From the NCBI GenBank assembly GCA_016715985.1, contig JADJXD010000005.1, positions 13,299-77,298 on the forward strand: DNA of 64,000 nt, in the 5' to 3' direction. Position 1 is the first letter of the stretch; each line of letters starts with the position of its first letter. Origin of the DNA: Saprospiraceae bacterium. GTDB taxonomy: Bacteria > Bacteroidota > Bacteroidia > Chitinophagales > Saprospiraceae. A model generated the notes under the pieces. It saw only the letters and a program-made list of their open reading frames with translations, made no database searches and had not been told where the DNA came from. Shown here piece after piece: positions 53,047-63,500 of this stretch. Both the position numbers and the translations under genes were made by a program.

Positions 53047-53582
53047 TATTTCCCGTTGTCGCTTGACCAGCAAAAAAATTCAGTGTGTTTCATATAATTT
53101 TACTTTACACGTATTTCAATAGCCTGATCCCAATTACTTTGTTAAAATCTCTTTAATCAAAGAGATATTACTGATGCTTATTGCCCTAATGCAATCGGAA
53201 GGAGTTAATCCTTTATAGCCTGTTTTGGCAGCAATCATCCCACCAATTGCATATAAATCATTTTGAGTGAAATGATTCAGGAACTTCAACTCGTAAGGAG
53301 TAAGACAGTTTTGGTTTTCGCTTACACTTTATTATCTTCTTCCCAAAAGGGAAAGGGGGCAACGTTTAAAAACCCCGGTTTTTTTTTCCCCCGGAGGTTA
53401 TTATGTTCTTGGTCTTTTCAAAGAAGTTCTGTTTGATGTGTTTTTTGGAACCCAGAGATAAATTGTTTTCATTTTAATTTGTTTTGTTGTTAATTAATGA
53501 TACAAAGATATGGCCTATTTGCCATATTCCTATACCCTAAAAGGCTATTTTTAATATATTTATTATTGTAATATGTTTGCTG

Positions 53583-53597
53583 GTTACAACTTGTAAC
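53583..53597. promoter_or_regulatory. 15-bp palindrome GTTACAA-C-TTGTAAC (operator-like)
   Basis: Read directly from the sequence. Lies in the ORF-poor end region. Confidence 0.35.
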
Positions 53598-53608
53598 GGT
53601 TTGCTTGT

Positions 53609-53643
53609 GGGGTAAGTTGGGGGGTATCTTAGGGGGTAATCTT
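53609..53643. repeat. three G-rich direct repeats (GGGGTAAGTT / GGGGGGTATCTT / AGGGGGTAATCTT)
   Basis: Read directly from the sequence. This composition is unique in the window. Confidence 0.5.
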
Positions 53644-53849
53644 TTGCGCAAAGTACCAAAAGTCGTTGCTTATTGCACAAAATTTCTAAATGTCCACGCT
53701 CCGTGAACACTTCGCCAAAATGAACGATAATGCGGAAATTCGCCTTTATGTGCGATCGGGTATAAAAATGGTTTATTCGGGCAAATTATATCTAAATAGG
53801 TATAATTTATAGCAACCTTGTCAGGCTTAAGCTGACACAATGAATATGA

Positions 53850-55061
53850 TTAATAACAAAAGATCGGGGCCTTTATGGTCATGCCTTTTTTTGAGTCAAT
53901 CAACGAATAACTCTGCATCGGATTTTCAGGACTTGCTCCAATACTTTGAGCATACACGTTAAACCCTATCCCGGAGCCGTTTACAATGCAGTCCTTTGTT
54001 GCTTGGAATAATTGATGATAATGCCCCATGAAATTATAATTAGCCTGTATCTGTTGGTTATAGCGGTGAATTGCTTTAATTAAAGGCACGGTTAGTCCTC
54101 CAATACCGCCCTGATAGCTTACTGTATCTCCATGCCAAAAGCGGCAAGTGTAGTCGTAAATGTCGCAATAAGAAAATAGGCCGTTTGGTATTTTAAACTC
54201 CACCCGTGTTTCGCCTTTCTGATTGAAGTAATCCGCTATATCATTGTACATCATCCACTCGTAAGAATTGCGGTAAGATGTTGCTATTTGCTTTTGCTTT
54301 GTTACCCGGCCATGATTTCCGTAACTACAAACAGCAATAATCTTCTTGTATTTTCCATGCTCCAAATAAAATTCAATGGCTGCAATAATGTTCTTTTTTG
54401 CAAAACGCACTGCCATTGTTGGGCTTAAGGAGTTCACTTGTTGCATTTCTTCGTGGATGTACCCGGTAATAAAATCACCGCCCAGCCATAAAACAAGGTT
54501 ATCAATTTGGGAGTGATTTCGGTCTATGTTTACAAGTCTTTGACTGTTTTGAATGCACCTTGACCACCTCTTTTGAGCAATCTCTAAATTGTATTCATTC
54601 AAATCATTTATTGTCTGAGGATCGACCGTTTCTTCGAAGTGCCAATCACTTAATAAAATTACCGGGGTAGCATGGTTTTTATTGTCGTTTTCCTTTGGTC
54701 TTTCAATGCTTGGAATCTCGTCTCCTTCTTTTATTGCCAACAGGAAATCGCATCGCTGTTCCAAAACTTCGTACTCTTTTAATAGGTGCTTGTACTTGGC
54801 CTCTGCCTGTCGTGCAATTGCCTTTTCTCGGTTTAACATCCGATCATTAAAGATCAATTCTGCTGCTGACGCTTCGCGCTTAGGTTGCTCCTGTACATTT
54901 GGTGCGCTACCCCTTACGTGGTCATATAGCTTTTTTCTGATGTAATTTCTCGGAGCATTTAATTCATTGGCTACTTTTAAAATAAAGTCGCTTCGACCTT
55001 CTCGTGGTGTGTTTCTAAATGCTTCTATGTAATTAGTGAGGTTATATTTTTGCTCTGCCAT
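53850..55061 (-). CDS. calcineurin-like metallophosphoesterase with an N-terminal HTH/coiled-coil extension (copy 2, complete)
   Basis: LLSDWHF (DxH), GGDF, YGNHGR, WHGD and GHYHQ motifs in canonical order. Confidence 0.7.
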   Translation of the reverse strand: MAEQKYNLTNYIEAFRNTPREGRSDFILKVANELNAPRNYIRKKLYDHVRGSAPNVQEQPKREASAAELIFNDRMLNREKAIARQAEAKYKHLLKEYEVLEQRCDFLLAIKEGDEIPSIERPKENDNKNHATPVILLSDWHFEETVDPQTINDLNEYNLEIAQKRWSRCIQNSQRLVNIDRNHSQIDNLVLWLGGDFITGYIHEEMQQVNSLSPTMAVRFAKKNIIAAIEFYLEHGKYKKIIAVCSYGNHGRVTKQKQIATSYRNSYEWMMYNDIADYFNQKGETRVEFKIPNGLFSYCDIYDYTCRFWHGDTVSYQGGIGGLTVPLIKAIHRYNQQIQANYNFMGHYHQLFQATKDCIVNGSGIGFNVYAQSIGASPENPMQSYSLIDSKKGMTIKAPIFCY

Positions 55062-55064
55062 TAC

Positions 55065-55505
55065 TTAAATTTTTAACCAAACGAACGCAAACAAATCGGG
55101 ATGAATGACCGGGTTACGGCCCCTGTTCTCGAATCTGCACATTTCGTTTATTATTAAATAGATTTCCTCTCGCTTCCATCTGATAACCTGTCGTGATCTC
55201 ATGCCCGTGCCAATTGAAACGGCCTCATAATATGGCTGTAACTCCGTGCCGGGTCGTGCATATTTATTTATTAACTTCTCTATTGTATTGGCCTTGTCTA
55301 AGTGGATGTAATTGCATACCGTTGCCAGCATTGCATGAATGCCGTTATGGTAAAAGTCGAATGACTCATAAACCTTTTGGCCCGACTTTGTGGTCTTTCC
55401 TGTCCATGCCATTTTTGAAATATAGATACCTCCCGGATTATTGAGTTTCATTAGCCGGGTGGCATTGGGGTAATTTTCAAATGTTATCAATTCGGGTGTG
55501 GTCAT
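55065..55505 (-). CDS. phage late protein of unknown function (copy 2)
   Basis: 146 aa, differing at 1 residue from 605-1045. Confidence 0.5.
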   Translation of the reverse strand: MTTPELITFENYPNATRLMKLNNPGGIYISKMAWTGKTTKSGQKVYESFDFYHNGIHAMLATVCNYIHLDKANTIEKLINKYARPGTELQPYYEAVSIGTGMRSRQVIRWKREEIYLIINEMCRFENRGRNPVIHPDLFAFVWLKI

Positions 55506-55939
55506 AAAGTCCTGTAACCGAGTAGCCTTGATTTTTTGAAATCTGCAATTGAAACACTATCCATTGAATTGCCGGATAGCAATTTTACCGTGTCGAGATT
55601 TTCGTTTATGTAAAGTCCTATGTGTCCTTTTCCGGGGCCTCTTTCCAAAATGCACAAATCCCCAAGTTTGGGATGATCTGTTTTAGTTCCGACCTCTAAG
55701 AATTTACGAGCTGCAACAATATGTAATTTATTGCTGGGCCAAATGCCGGACTCGATTAAAATATTTGAAACGAAACATCCACACCATGCGAACTGTGAAT
55801 CGTCTTCCGGGCGTGAAATTTTGAGGGAATCGCATGAGGCGAATATCCACGCCTTTACTGTTTCATCCCAGCCAATTGGATTTTCTTTTGTGCCGAGATA
55901 TTTTATCCCGGTGAGAAATAGCTTTTCAGAATTATTCAT
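55502..55939 (-). CDS. NlpC/P60-like (TIGR02594-like) cell-wall peptidase, endolysin candidate (copy 2)
   Basis: Same motifs as copy 1, with a few substitutions. Confidence 0.6.
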   Translation of the reverse strand: MNNSEKLFLTGIKYLGTKENPIGWDETVKAWIFASCDSLKISRPEDDSQFAWCGCFVSNILIESGIWPSNKLHIVAARKFLEVGTKTDHPKLGDLCILERGPGKGHIGLYINENLDTVKLLSGNSMDSVSIADFKKSRLLGYRTL

Positions 55940-55959
55940 ATAGGTCTGTTTTTTGAAGT

Positions 55960-55990
55960 AAAAAAACAGGGCAAGGCGTTACCCCTGCCC
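55960..55990 (-). terminator. rho-independent terminator (copy 2)
   Basis: Same stem and U7 tract as at 1500-1530, with one loop substitution. Confidence 0.6.
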
Positions 55991-56005
55991 CGTGTCATAA
56001 TTTAC

Positions 56006-56407
56006 TTATTGGGATTTCCTGATAAGTGCGACCTCGCAATCCACTTTTAAAGACTGTGTGCCGGAAGTTATCGAAGTAAATCTCAATGCCCCACAGGGCA
56101 CGTTTCCGGTGATCGCTGCCGGGGTTGTTTGAACTCCGTCAATTGTTACAGTTGACAAAGTTTTCCAAACGTTTCCACCATAGAGCCTGTGTTCAACTTT
56201 GAACGTTCCGGTTGTTGTGCCAGAGAGTGAATCCGCAACCACATTGATATGATAGTTGTAAGGATAAGTCAAATCCAAACAAGTATTTACTACTGTGTCC
56301 GCATTTGTCAGGGTGTCGAGATATGTTCGTACTGCTGTACTTGCGTTTCCGTCAACCCTTGTGTTTTGCGCTTCGACCGAAAAGGCGAAGGCCACAAAAG
56401 AAATCAA
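56006..56407 (-). CDS. secreted small protein (copy 2; 5' end frameshifted, signal-peptide start lost)
   Basis: A5 here versus A6 in copy 1 just after the ATG. The C-terminus is 14 aa longer than in copy 1. Confidence 0.5.
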   Translation of the reverse strand: MISFVAFAFSVEAQNTRVDGNASTAVRTYLDTLTNADTVVNTCLDLTYPYNYHINVVADSLSGTTTGTFKVEHRLYGGNVWKTLSTVTIDGVQTTPAAITGNVPCGALRFTSITSGTQSLKVDCEVALIRKSQ

Positions 56408-56523
56408 GATTAAAAATACTTTTTCATAGTTCTTAAATATTTAAGGTGAATAAAAAACAGTTTTAAAAACAGGGCAAATTTGACCTAAGCCGCCTTTGCC
56501 CCATTGCTGATATGAAACACAAC

Positions 56524-56916
56524 CTATTTTTTGGCTGTTAAAGGCTTGATACTGGATTCTCCTTTGGTAATCGTTCTCAATACCACGTTAATAATTGCGA
56601 GTAATAATCCTGCAATCGTTGGAATCCAAGTTGAATCACATACCCAAGCCTTGTTGAAAAGCTGAAATACGAATGTCAGAACTTCGCAAACCCATTGTGA
56701 AATACCTGTCCAGTCTTTCGCCTCCATAAAAGTGATAATAACGGCCAGCGTATTTATCAGAATGGTTCGTGATCCTTCGAGTGCAGCCCAAATCTTACTC
56801 ACTCCCGGAATAAGTTTAATGGCCCAAAAAAGAGGTTGTGGGATTTTTATAATCAAATCCGCAATTGTTGTAAACAGTTTTAGGATGAACTGCAAAACCG
56901 TAATTACTGTGTTCAT
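56524..56916 (-). CDS. holin-like multi-TM membrane protein (copy 2, intact)
   Basis: 130 aa with several hydrophobic segments and a basic C-terminus. Lies next to the endolysin candidate. Confidence 0.5.
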   Translation of the reverse strand: MNTVITVLQFILKLFTTIADLIIKIPQPLFWAIKLIPGVSKIWAALEGSRTILINTLAVIITFMEAKDWTGISQWVCEVLTFVFQLFNKAWVCDSTWIPTIAGLLLAIINVVLRTITKGESSIKPLTAKK

Positions 56917-56927
56917 ATAGTTGTTAT

Positions 56928-57152
56928 TTAAAATGGTTTAATGTTGTGAGTGCATGAATCTTGCATTATTTTTTCCGTCAGGGTGTCTATTCTTTTATTC
57001 AGAATTTCCATTTCTTCGAGTAGTTCGTTTTCCGTTACCGATATTTCGAGCCTTTCAAAATCTGCCTTTGTGGTTTTTAGTTTTACAGGCTCAAACAAGG
57101 CGGCTGCACATAAAGCAGCAAGCCAAAACAAAACGATCTTTGCCTCTGCCAT
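56928..57152 (-). CDS. membrane-anchored coiled-coil protein (copy 2)
   Basis: Differs at 1 aa from 2467-2691. Confidence 0.4.
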   Translation of the reverse strand: MAEAKIVLFWLAALCAAALFEPVKLKTTKADFERLEISVTENELLEEMEILNKRIDTLTEKIMQDSCTHNIKPF

Positions 57153-57424
57153 TACTCAATAATATTTTCAAGGTTTTCAATTTTAATATTTGCACTCTCA
57201 ATTTGTGATATCATATATTCTGCAAATTGATCCAGCTTCATTTCACATCTTTTATGCGCTTCCTTACACTCTTTCAGTTGTTCCATTACAAAAGCATCAT
57301 TGAGTTTATTTTCTGCCCTCCATTCATTCCAAAGGATGTAGATTATCAAAGTTGATCCCATGAAGATTAACCTTGATTTTTCATCCTTGAATGCCTTTAA
57401 TATGAGGTCTAATATCTTTTGCAT
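57152..57424 (-). CDS. membrane-anchored coiled-coil protein (copy 2)
   Basis: Translation identical to 2691-2963. Confidence 0.4.
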   Translation of the reverse strand: MQKILDLILKAFKDEKSRLIFMGSTLIIYILWNEWRAENKLNDAFVMEQLKECKEAHKRCEMKLDQFAEYMISQIESANIKIENLENIIE

Positions 57425-57567
57425 TGGTTTTCTATTAGGTTGGTTTGCAAAATGATTTTATAACTCCAATATTTTTATAAATGCTTTGGCAACTGCATTT
57501 GGTAAAGTTTGATTTGTATCAGAATTTGTGATCTCTTTTTTTGTGGCATGGTTTTTTGTTTTTTTGG

Positions 57568-60500
57568 TTAATTTAATATTGCTCCGTAGCATAGTTTTTG
57601 TACATAAATATCCCTTGCGTTTGATCCGACTCCTTTAAAGATTCCTGTTCTTGGCCCGATTGGTAAATTATTAGCAAGTGGACTTGCCATTTTGCCAACA
57701 TACACACCGTCGATATAAAATCTAATTTCGCTGTTGGCTTTGTTGAGTTCTGTTCTAAGTGTATAGTTGACATCCACTGCCACAGCAATTCCTAAGTCCA
57801 ACAACGTTTCAGAACCTCCTGAATTTTTTGTGTATCCAACCCAATTACCCCCATAAACTCCGTGAGAATATCTAATGCCATAAGACGAGTTAGGAAGTTT
57901 AGAAGTTGAAAAAGGAGAACTTGCAACAACCCCTGATACAATTGTGAAAGAGTCTGTACCAGTTGACAATGTATTCATGGTCAGCATTGATTCCGTATAA
58001 AAATGACATTGGCTTGTAAGACCTGGAGATTCAGCCGTTTTTTGCAAATACACAACTGTTGCCCCTGATGCTGATGTTTGTGTGCCAAGATACCAAGCCG
58101 AGAGTGGCGTATTTCCATTTGACGCCTCCTGCGAATATGACAATCCTGATGCTGTTGCGAAAGCGATATTTCCCAAATCTCCTGCCGTTGTCGAGCCGGG
58201 AGCGTGGCAATCATCAACCGTTTTAAATCCTGTCGGTCTTTTGTAGCCAATGGGAACCCAACGATCCAAAGTACCATCGTAATAAAATCGAATAGAACTT
58301 TTCTTCATTAAAATCAAATCTTCCGAAAAATGAATGCGATTGGCTGCTGTTCCATCTGTGTGTTCCGGTGCGAAATACAAATTATAATCCCCAACATTTA
58401 CAATGGTCTTTTCTTCCCCATCTGTTTGTGCCTCCATTGAAGTGATCCCCCAGAATCCATCTGAAGAAACCCGTACAATATTTGCATCTCCAAACCCTGT
58501 TGGATTATAGTTGTCTTGTTCGCTTGTTATTTGCGATGGAGTTATTACTGATGGTGTTATTGTTTGCCAGTTGGCATTTGCTCCGTCTGACATGAGGACT
58601 TGTCCTGCTGTTCCTTTTGATCCGTTTATGTCAATTCTTAGTGTTTGGGGTTTTAGATTTATTACATCGGACCTAACATAAATGGAGTCAGAATCCACAT
58701 CAATTTTGGAGTTGTCCGTTCCATCGTTTGCGTATAACTGAGCGTAGTTTTCATTAGCATAAATCCAGCATTCATCTGTTGTCTTGGTGTTCTTAATAAT
58801 CCATGATCCATTTTCCGAATAAATCCGACTAAAAATATTATTCGTGGAATCATTTGCATACATATAAATCTCATCATCAAACCAAAAACCCCTATCTGCA
58901 TTTGTGATGGCTCCTGATGGATAATTCTTAATATATCCCATCATAAAATCAGCTCCGCGATTAAATGAGATGTAATCATTGTCTCCCATTAAACCGTTTT
59001 GGACTTCGGTAAAACTGACAGCGTTGTTATCGACTGACCAAACACCCCCCGAAACAGTTATATCTCCATAATCTGCATCACTTACCCCACCAGTTGCGGT
59101 TAAGTCATATTCAGTACCAGCGTCATTTTTGAAATATAACTTTCCATCCGTTTTCGCATAAGTATATCCAAAACCACTTGCCGGAGTTGAAGGGGCCGCT
59201 ATCTCTGCTGTTTTTAATTGTTTATCGAATTGAGTTTCGCCTGAAAATAAATTCAAAGTATTTGCCCCTGATTGATAAATTCCATAAGTAGATGCATTGG
59301 AATAAGGAATATTTACACCTCTGTAAGTTGCACTTGCTAAACTGGTTAAAGTTGGGTTTATGTTTAATCCTATTTGTGCGCCGCTTCCAGTTGAAGTAAT
59401 GTTATAAACGTTTGCAATTTCTATGGCTGTCATTGTTCCACTTCCCGAAGCTTTGACATATTCATCGCGAAATTTCATAATGTCCTTGTCTAAGCCAGGT
59501 GCAGTAAAATCGCTTATGGCATCGCCTATGAAAATACTTGATGTGTCGTTTTGTACATTAATACTTATACCATCGAGATTATCATTTATGATTGAAATTC
59601 CTTGATCTGATGTGATCTCATAGTCTAATTGAGGAAAGACCCCAGCGTTGTTTATAACAACATTATCCCCGGTTCCAACTGTTAACTGATCGGAAATTCT
59701 TACTGTTGGAGTTTCGATTTCAACTGAATCAACTTCAACTCTTATCGTGGTTGTGGTTCCATTTGTTGCATAAATAGCAAAATAATCCTTCCATTGGTCT
59801 ATTTCTGTGTATTGTGTGTTTGCGGTGTTTGTTGCCCTAATTGCAAGTTGATCGTCCATTCTTATATAAGAGTAGGCAGCATTTACGCTATCTGCTCCCA
59901 TTAAATAGACCTTGCCGCTTGATCCCTCAAAAAATAGCCCTCTGTTTCTTGGTGTGGTTCCCAAAGTTGGGAAATTATAAAAATACCCAAGTCCAAAATC
60001 ATCAGGGTTTGCGATGCTTGTCGCTGTTTGTGCGTAAGTACCATCTGATACTGTGCCATCGCCTCCATAAATACCACCACCAGAAGAAATCAATGTTGTT
60101 CCTGACATTGATAACCCGGAGCCCAATGTAATAGCTGCAATATTTCCAGTTGATCCCCTGCCAAGTAATTGAGAAGCAGATAAAGCTACTTCTGCCACAT
60201 TAGCTGACCCTGCTGTATTATTTGCAAGAACTGAATTTGCGGCAACGTTTTGAAGTTTTGCATAGGTAACTTGATCGTCTCCAATGTCTGCTGTGGCAAT
60301 TGCTCCGTCGTTTATTTCAGTTGTAGTAATTGTTGAAGCGTCGATGTTCCAAACAGTTCCACTACTTGAAACCGTTATATCTCCTTTGTCTCCATCTGAA
60401 ACGCCTGTTACATCTGATAAGTAGGCAATCGTTTCACGGGTGGCCCCTGTGGTTTTGGTAAAGTAAAGTCTATCTGTTAAAAACTCAATTGCCCCAACTT

Positions 60501-63500
60501 CTTCCGTTGTTAAAAGTGAGCCTGAATTTAATTTGATCGGTGCGGTATTAGCAGAAGTTGACCCGGCTTGAATATGAAGTTTTGCCGTTGGATTGGTGAT
60601 TGCGGTTCCCCCTCCTGAAATTGAAACCATGCCATCGGGATCAATCCTCATTCTTTCATTGGCCGAGGCAAGGCCCCCGGTTGCAAAAACGATTTCGTCG
60701 GCTCCTTCTGTGATTAATCTTAAACCTGCGCTTGTGCTTGTATTAGTTTTAATTACTGCTGAACTTGCAGCAAACAATCCGCTTGTTGAATAAGATGCTC
60801 CGAGGTGATAAATTTCAAGGCCCTGTGTTCCAAGTGTGCCGCCCGGCTCCAAAATTTCGACAAGTGAATAATCCGACGTAGAATTTGAAAGCCCAAAGAC
60901 ACCATCTGCCCCGGCTGTGTTTCTTAGAATTATTCCTGTTAAATTTCCGTTTGTGTACCCGTGTATTTTACCCCCGGTGTTTGAAATTATTTCACTACCT
61001 GATCCTGCTGCAAATGTTGCAGAAGAATTAAAGGTTTTGGCTCCTCCAAATGTTTGTGTTCCCGTTGTTACGGCTCCACGATTTGAGGCACTTGCATCAG
61101 GCAAATTAAAAGTGTGAGTACTTCCTGAACTTGAAATATTAAAGTTAGTTCCCGATGTTCCAACGACCATTGTTTGAGCCACATCTGTAAGCCCATTTAT
61201 AGAAGTTATGCCTCCGCCTCCGCTTACTTTTATTGAGTCGTTTGAAATAGTTAAACCATTTCCTATAACCAACTCTTGAACGTCTCCTGTACCTCCGGTA
61301 TATCTTCCTAAAACCTTACCTGTTGCCATGTTTTGTATTTTGGCGTAGGTTACAGCGTCGTTATCTATGGTCATAGTTAACCCACTTCCCGAAGTTGTCA
61401 GGTCTCCAAAATCTCGGTCATTAATTGCAAGTAATGGAGTGCCGTCAACATATTGAAGTGAGGTGTTTATCATCGCTCCAACTGCATCCTGAGCGTCCTC
61501 AGTTGTGAATCCTCCTGATGAATTAATTGTGAGAGCGGTTCCAGTTCTTGAGATCGTTATTCCTGTGCCCTCAACAAAAGAAATATCTGAGGCCGTGCCT
61601 GACAAGTCCAGTGTAAAAGTCGTACCATCGTCTGACCCGGAAAATCCTTGAGCGTCTGTGTTATCCAAGTAAGCAGCCAACGAAACTGAATCTCGAATTA
61701 CACCGTCATCATCGAGTGAAATTCTTAGAAAATTATTCGTTATGTCGAGCGTGTCAATGCTTTGGTTATCGGTGTCAACTTCTGTAATGTCGATCGTGTT
61801 GCCTCCTGAAATTGTGATTTCGTCTGTGCCTGAATTGTAGCTTAATGTTTGAGCGTCTGTGTTATCAAGATAAGGGGCAAGGTTTACAGTTTTAAAAACC
61901 TGTGCATCATCTTCGAGTGATAATCTTAAAAGATTTGAGGCAATTTCAAAAGTGTCTATCGTTTGATTGTCGGCACCGGCTGGAATTGTTATGATTTTTC
62001 GGTTTTCCCCATCATTTAAAAGAGATAAGAAAATTGTATCATTTGATCTTGTGAATGTGTCAATAGTTTGGATTTCATTAGTTGCGGAGCTATCATTTAA
62101 AACCACAAATCCACCGCCTAAATCAAGCCTTAAAGTTCCTTTTCCTGCGGTTGCCGTGAGTGCCTGAATTTCGTTTGAAGTTGACCCGTCAATTTCTGTG
62201 GCATCAATTGTCAAAGTGTTGGCCGCAGGGTTGTAATCCGTTGTTACAATTCCTGATCCTTCAAAAGTTACTGTTTGATTTGAAATTACTTCGGTGTCTG
62301 CATCATCTCCATCAATTGTCCACGCTTCATTTGTTACAGAGCCGTCCACTTCCGAGCCATTGGACGCTGATGTTATCCTTCCGTCTGCATCAACTGTTAA
62401 TGTTGCGAGTGTGTAAGTGGCTGGTGTAACGGCTGTGCTTATTAATTCACTTGCTCCAACTGAATTAGCGGTTATGTGATCGACTCCCACCGCATTTGAA
62501 ATGATTTTAACGGCTGTAACCGAGCTATCGGCAAGGTCAACGGTGGCAACTCCTCCGGTGGCTATTTCTGTGCTTCCAATTACTCCTGCGTCTATTTCCC
62601 AAACCGAGCCGCCTGAAACAGTAATGTCTCCTTTGTCTCCATCGCTTATTCCTCCGGTGGCCGTTAAATCAAACTCTGTTCCTGCATCGTTTTTAAAATA
62701 AATAAGTCCGTCGGTTTTTTCATACAATCTTCCATAACCACTTGCCGGGGTGCTTGGTGCTGAAATCTCTGCCGTCTCAATGTAGTTTCCAAATATCGTT
62801 ACTCCGGTGAATAAGTTTCTTGTATTAGCTCCATTTTGATAAATGCCATAACTTGTTGCATCATCGTAATTCATGTACACCCCACGAACGCCCCCATTTG
62901 TGGCCGTGATCGTTGGATTAATATAAATTGGAGCATACCATCCAGCCGCCCCTCCTGTTTGGTTTATTGTTTTACCAAAATAAAAATCCGCTAAATCTCC
63001 CGTGCCACTTGTTGGTTGAAATGTATTTTCAAACGCCCATTCTTTCTTAAGTCCTGCCGTGTGAGTTCTTCCATTTGATGCTAAGTGCCCGTAAACAGAA
63101 GTTGCGCCACCTTGAATATCAAAATACATAGCGGCTCCTGATGTGGCTGTGCTTTGAATTGTAAGTGTATTGTTATTTGCACGTATAGAATAATTTTGAG
63201 CTGCTGAAATGGAGCTCGCCCCAATGCTTACAGCATTTGATGTTCCGACGCTTAGAATTGAGGATGTAGATATACTGGCCCTCTTTGTGCCGTTGGTTTC
63301 AAAATTCAAAGCAAAATTATCGTTGGTTCCTATGGTGATTTCTGCCCCGTTTGTATTCCCATTTTGAATTATAAAATCTGTGGTGGCATCCGTTGGGGTA
63401 ATTGTGCCATCAGTAATTTTGGCAGATGTTACAGCGTTGTCGGCCAGTTTCCCGGTCGTTACTGCTAAATCATTTATCTTGCCTGTGGTAACAGCTAAGT

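Larger units (their letters stand above)
54461..59032. repeat. right copy of the long diverged direct repeat
   Basis: See 1-4570. Because the window starts inside the repeat, its true left limit is unknown. Confidence 0.9.

Noticed and set aside
53690-53815. The 41-codon plus-strand ORF (MSTLREHFAKMNDNAEIRLYVRSG..) as an integrase N-terminal (arm-binding) remnant.
   Set aside because: There is only a vague resemblance. No catalytic domain follows, and the ORF is too short to support the call.
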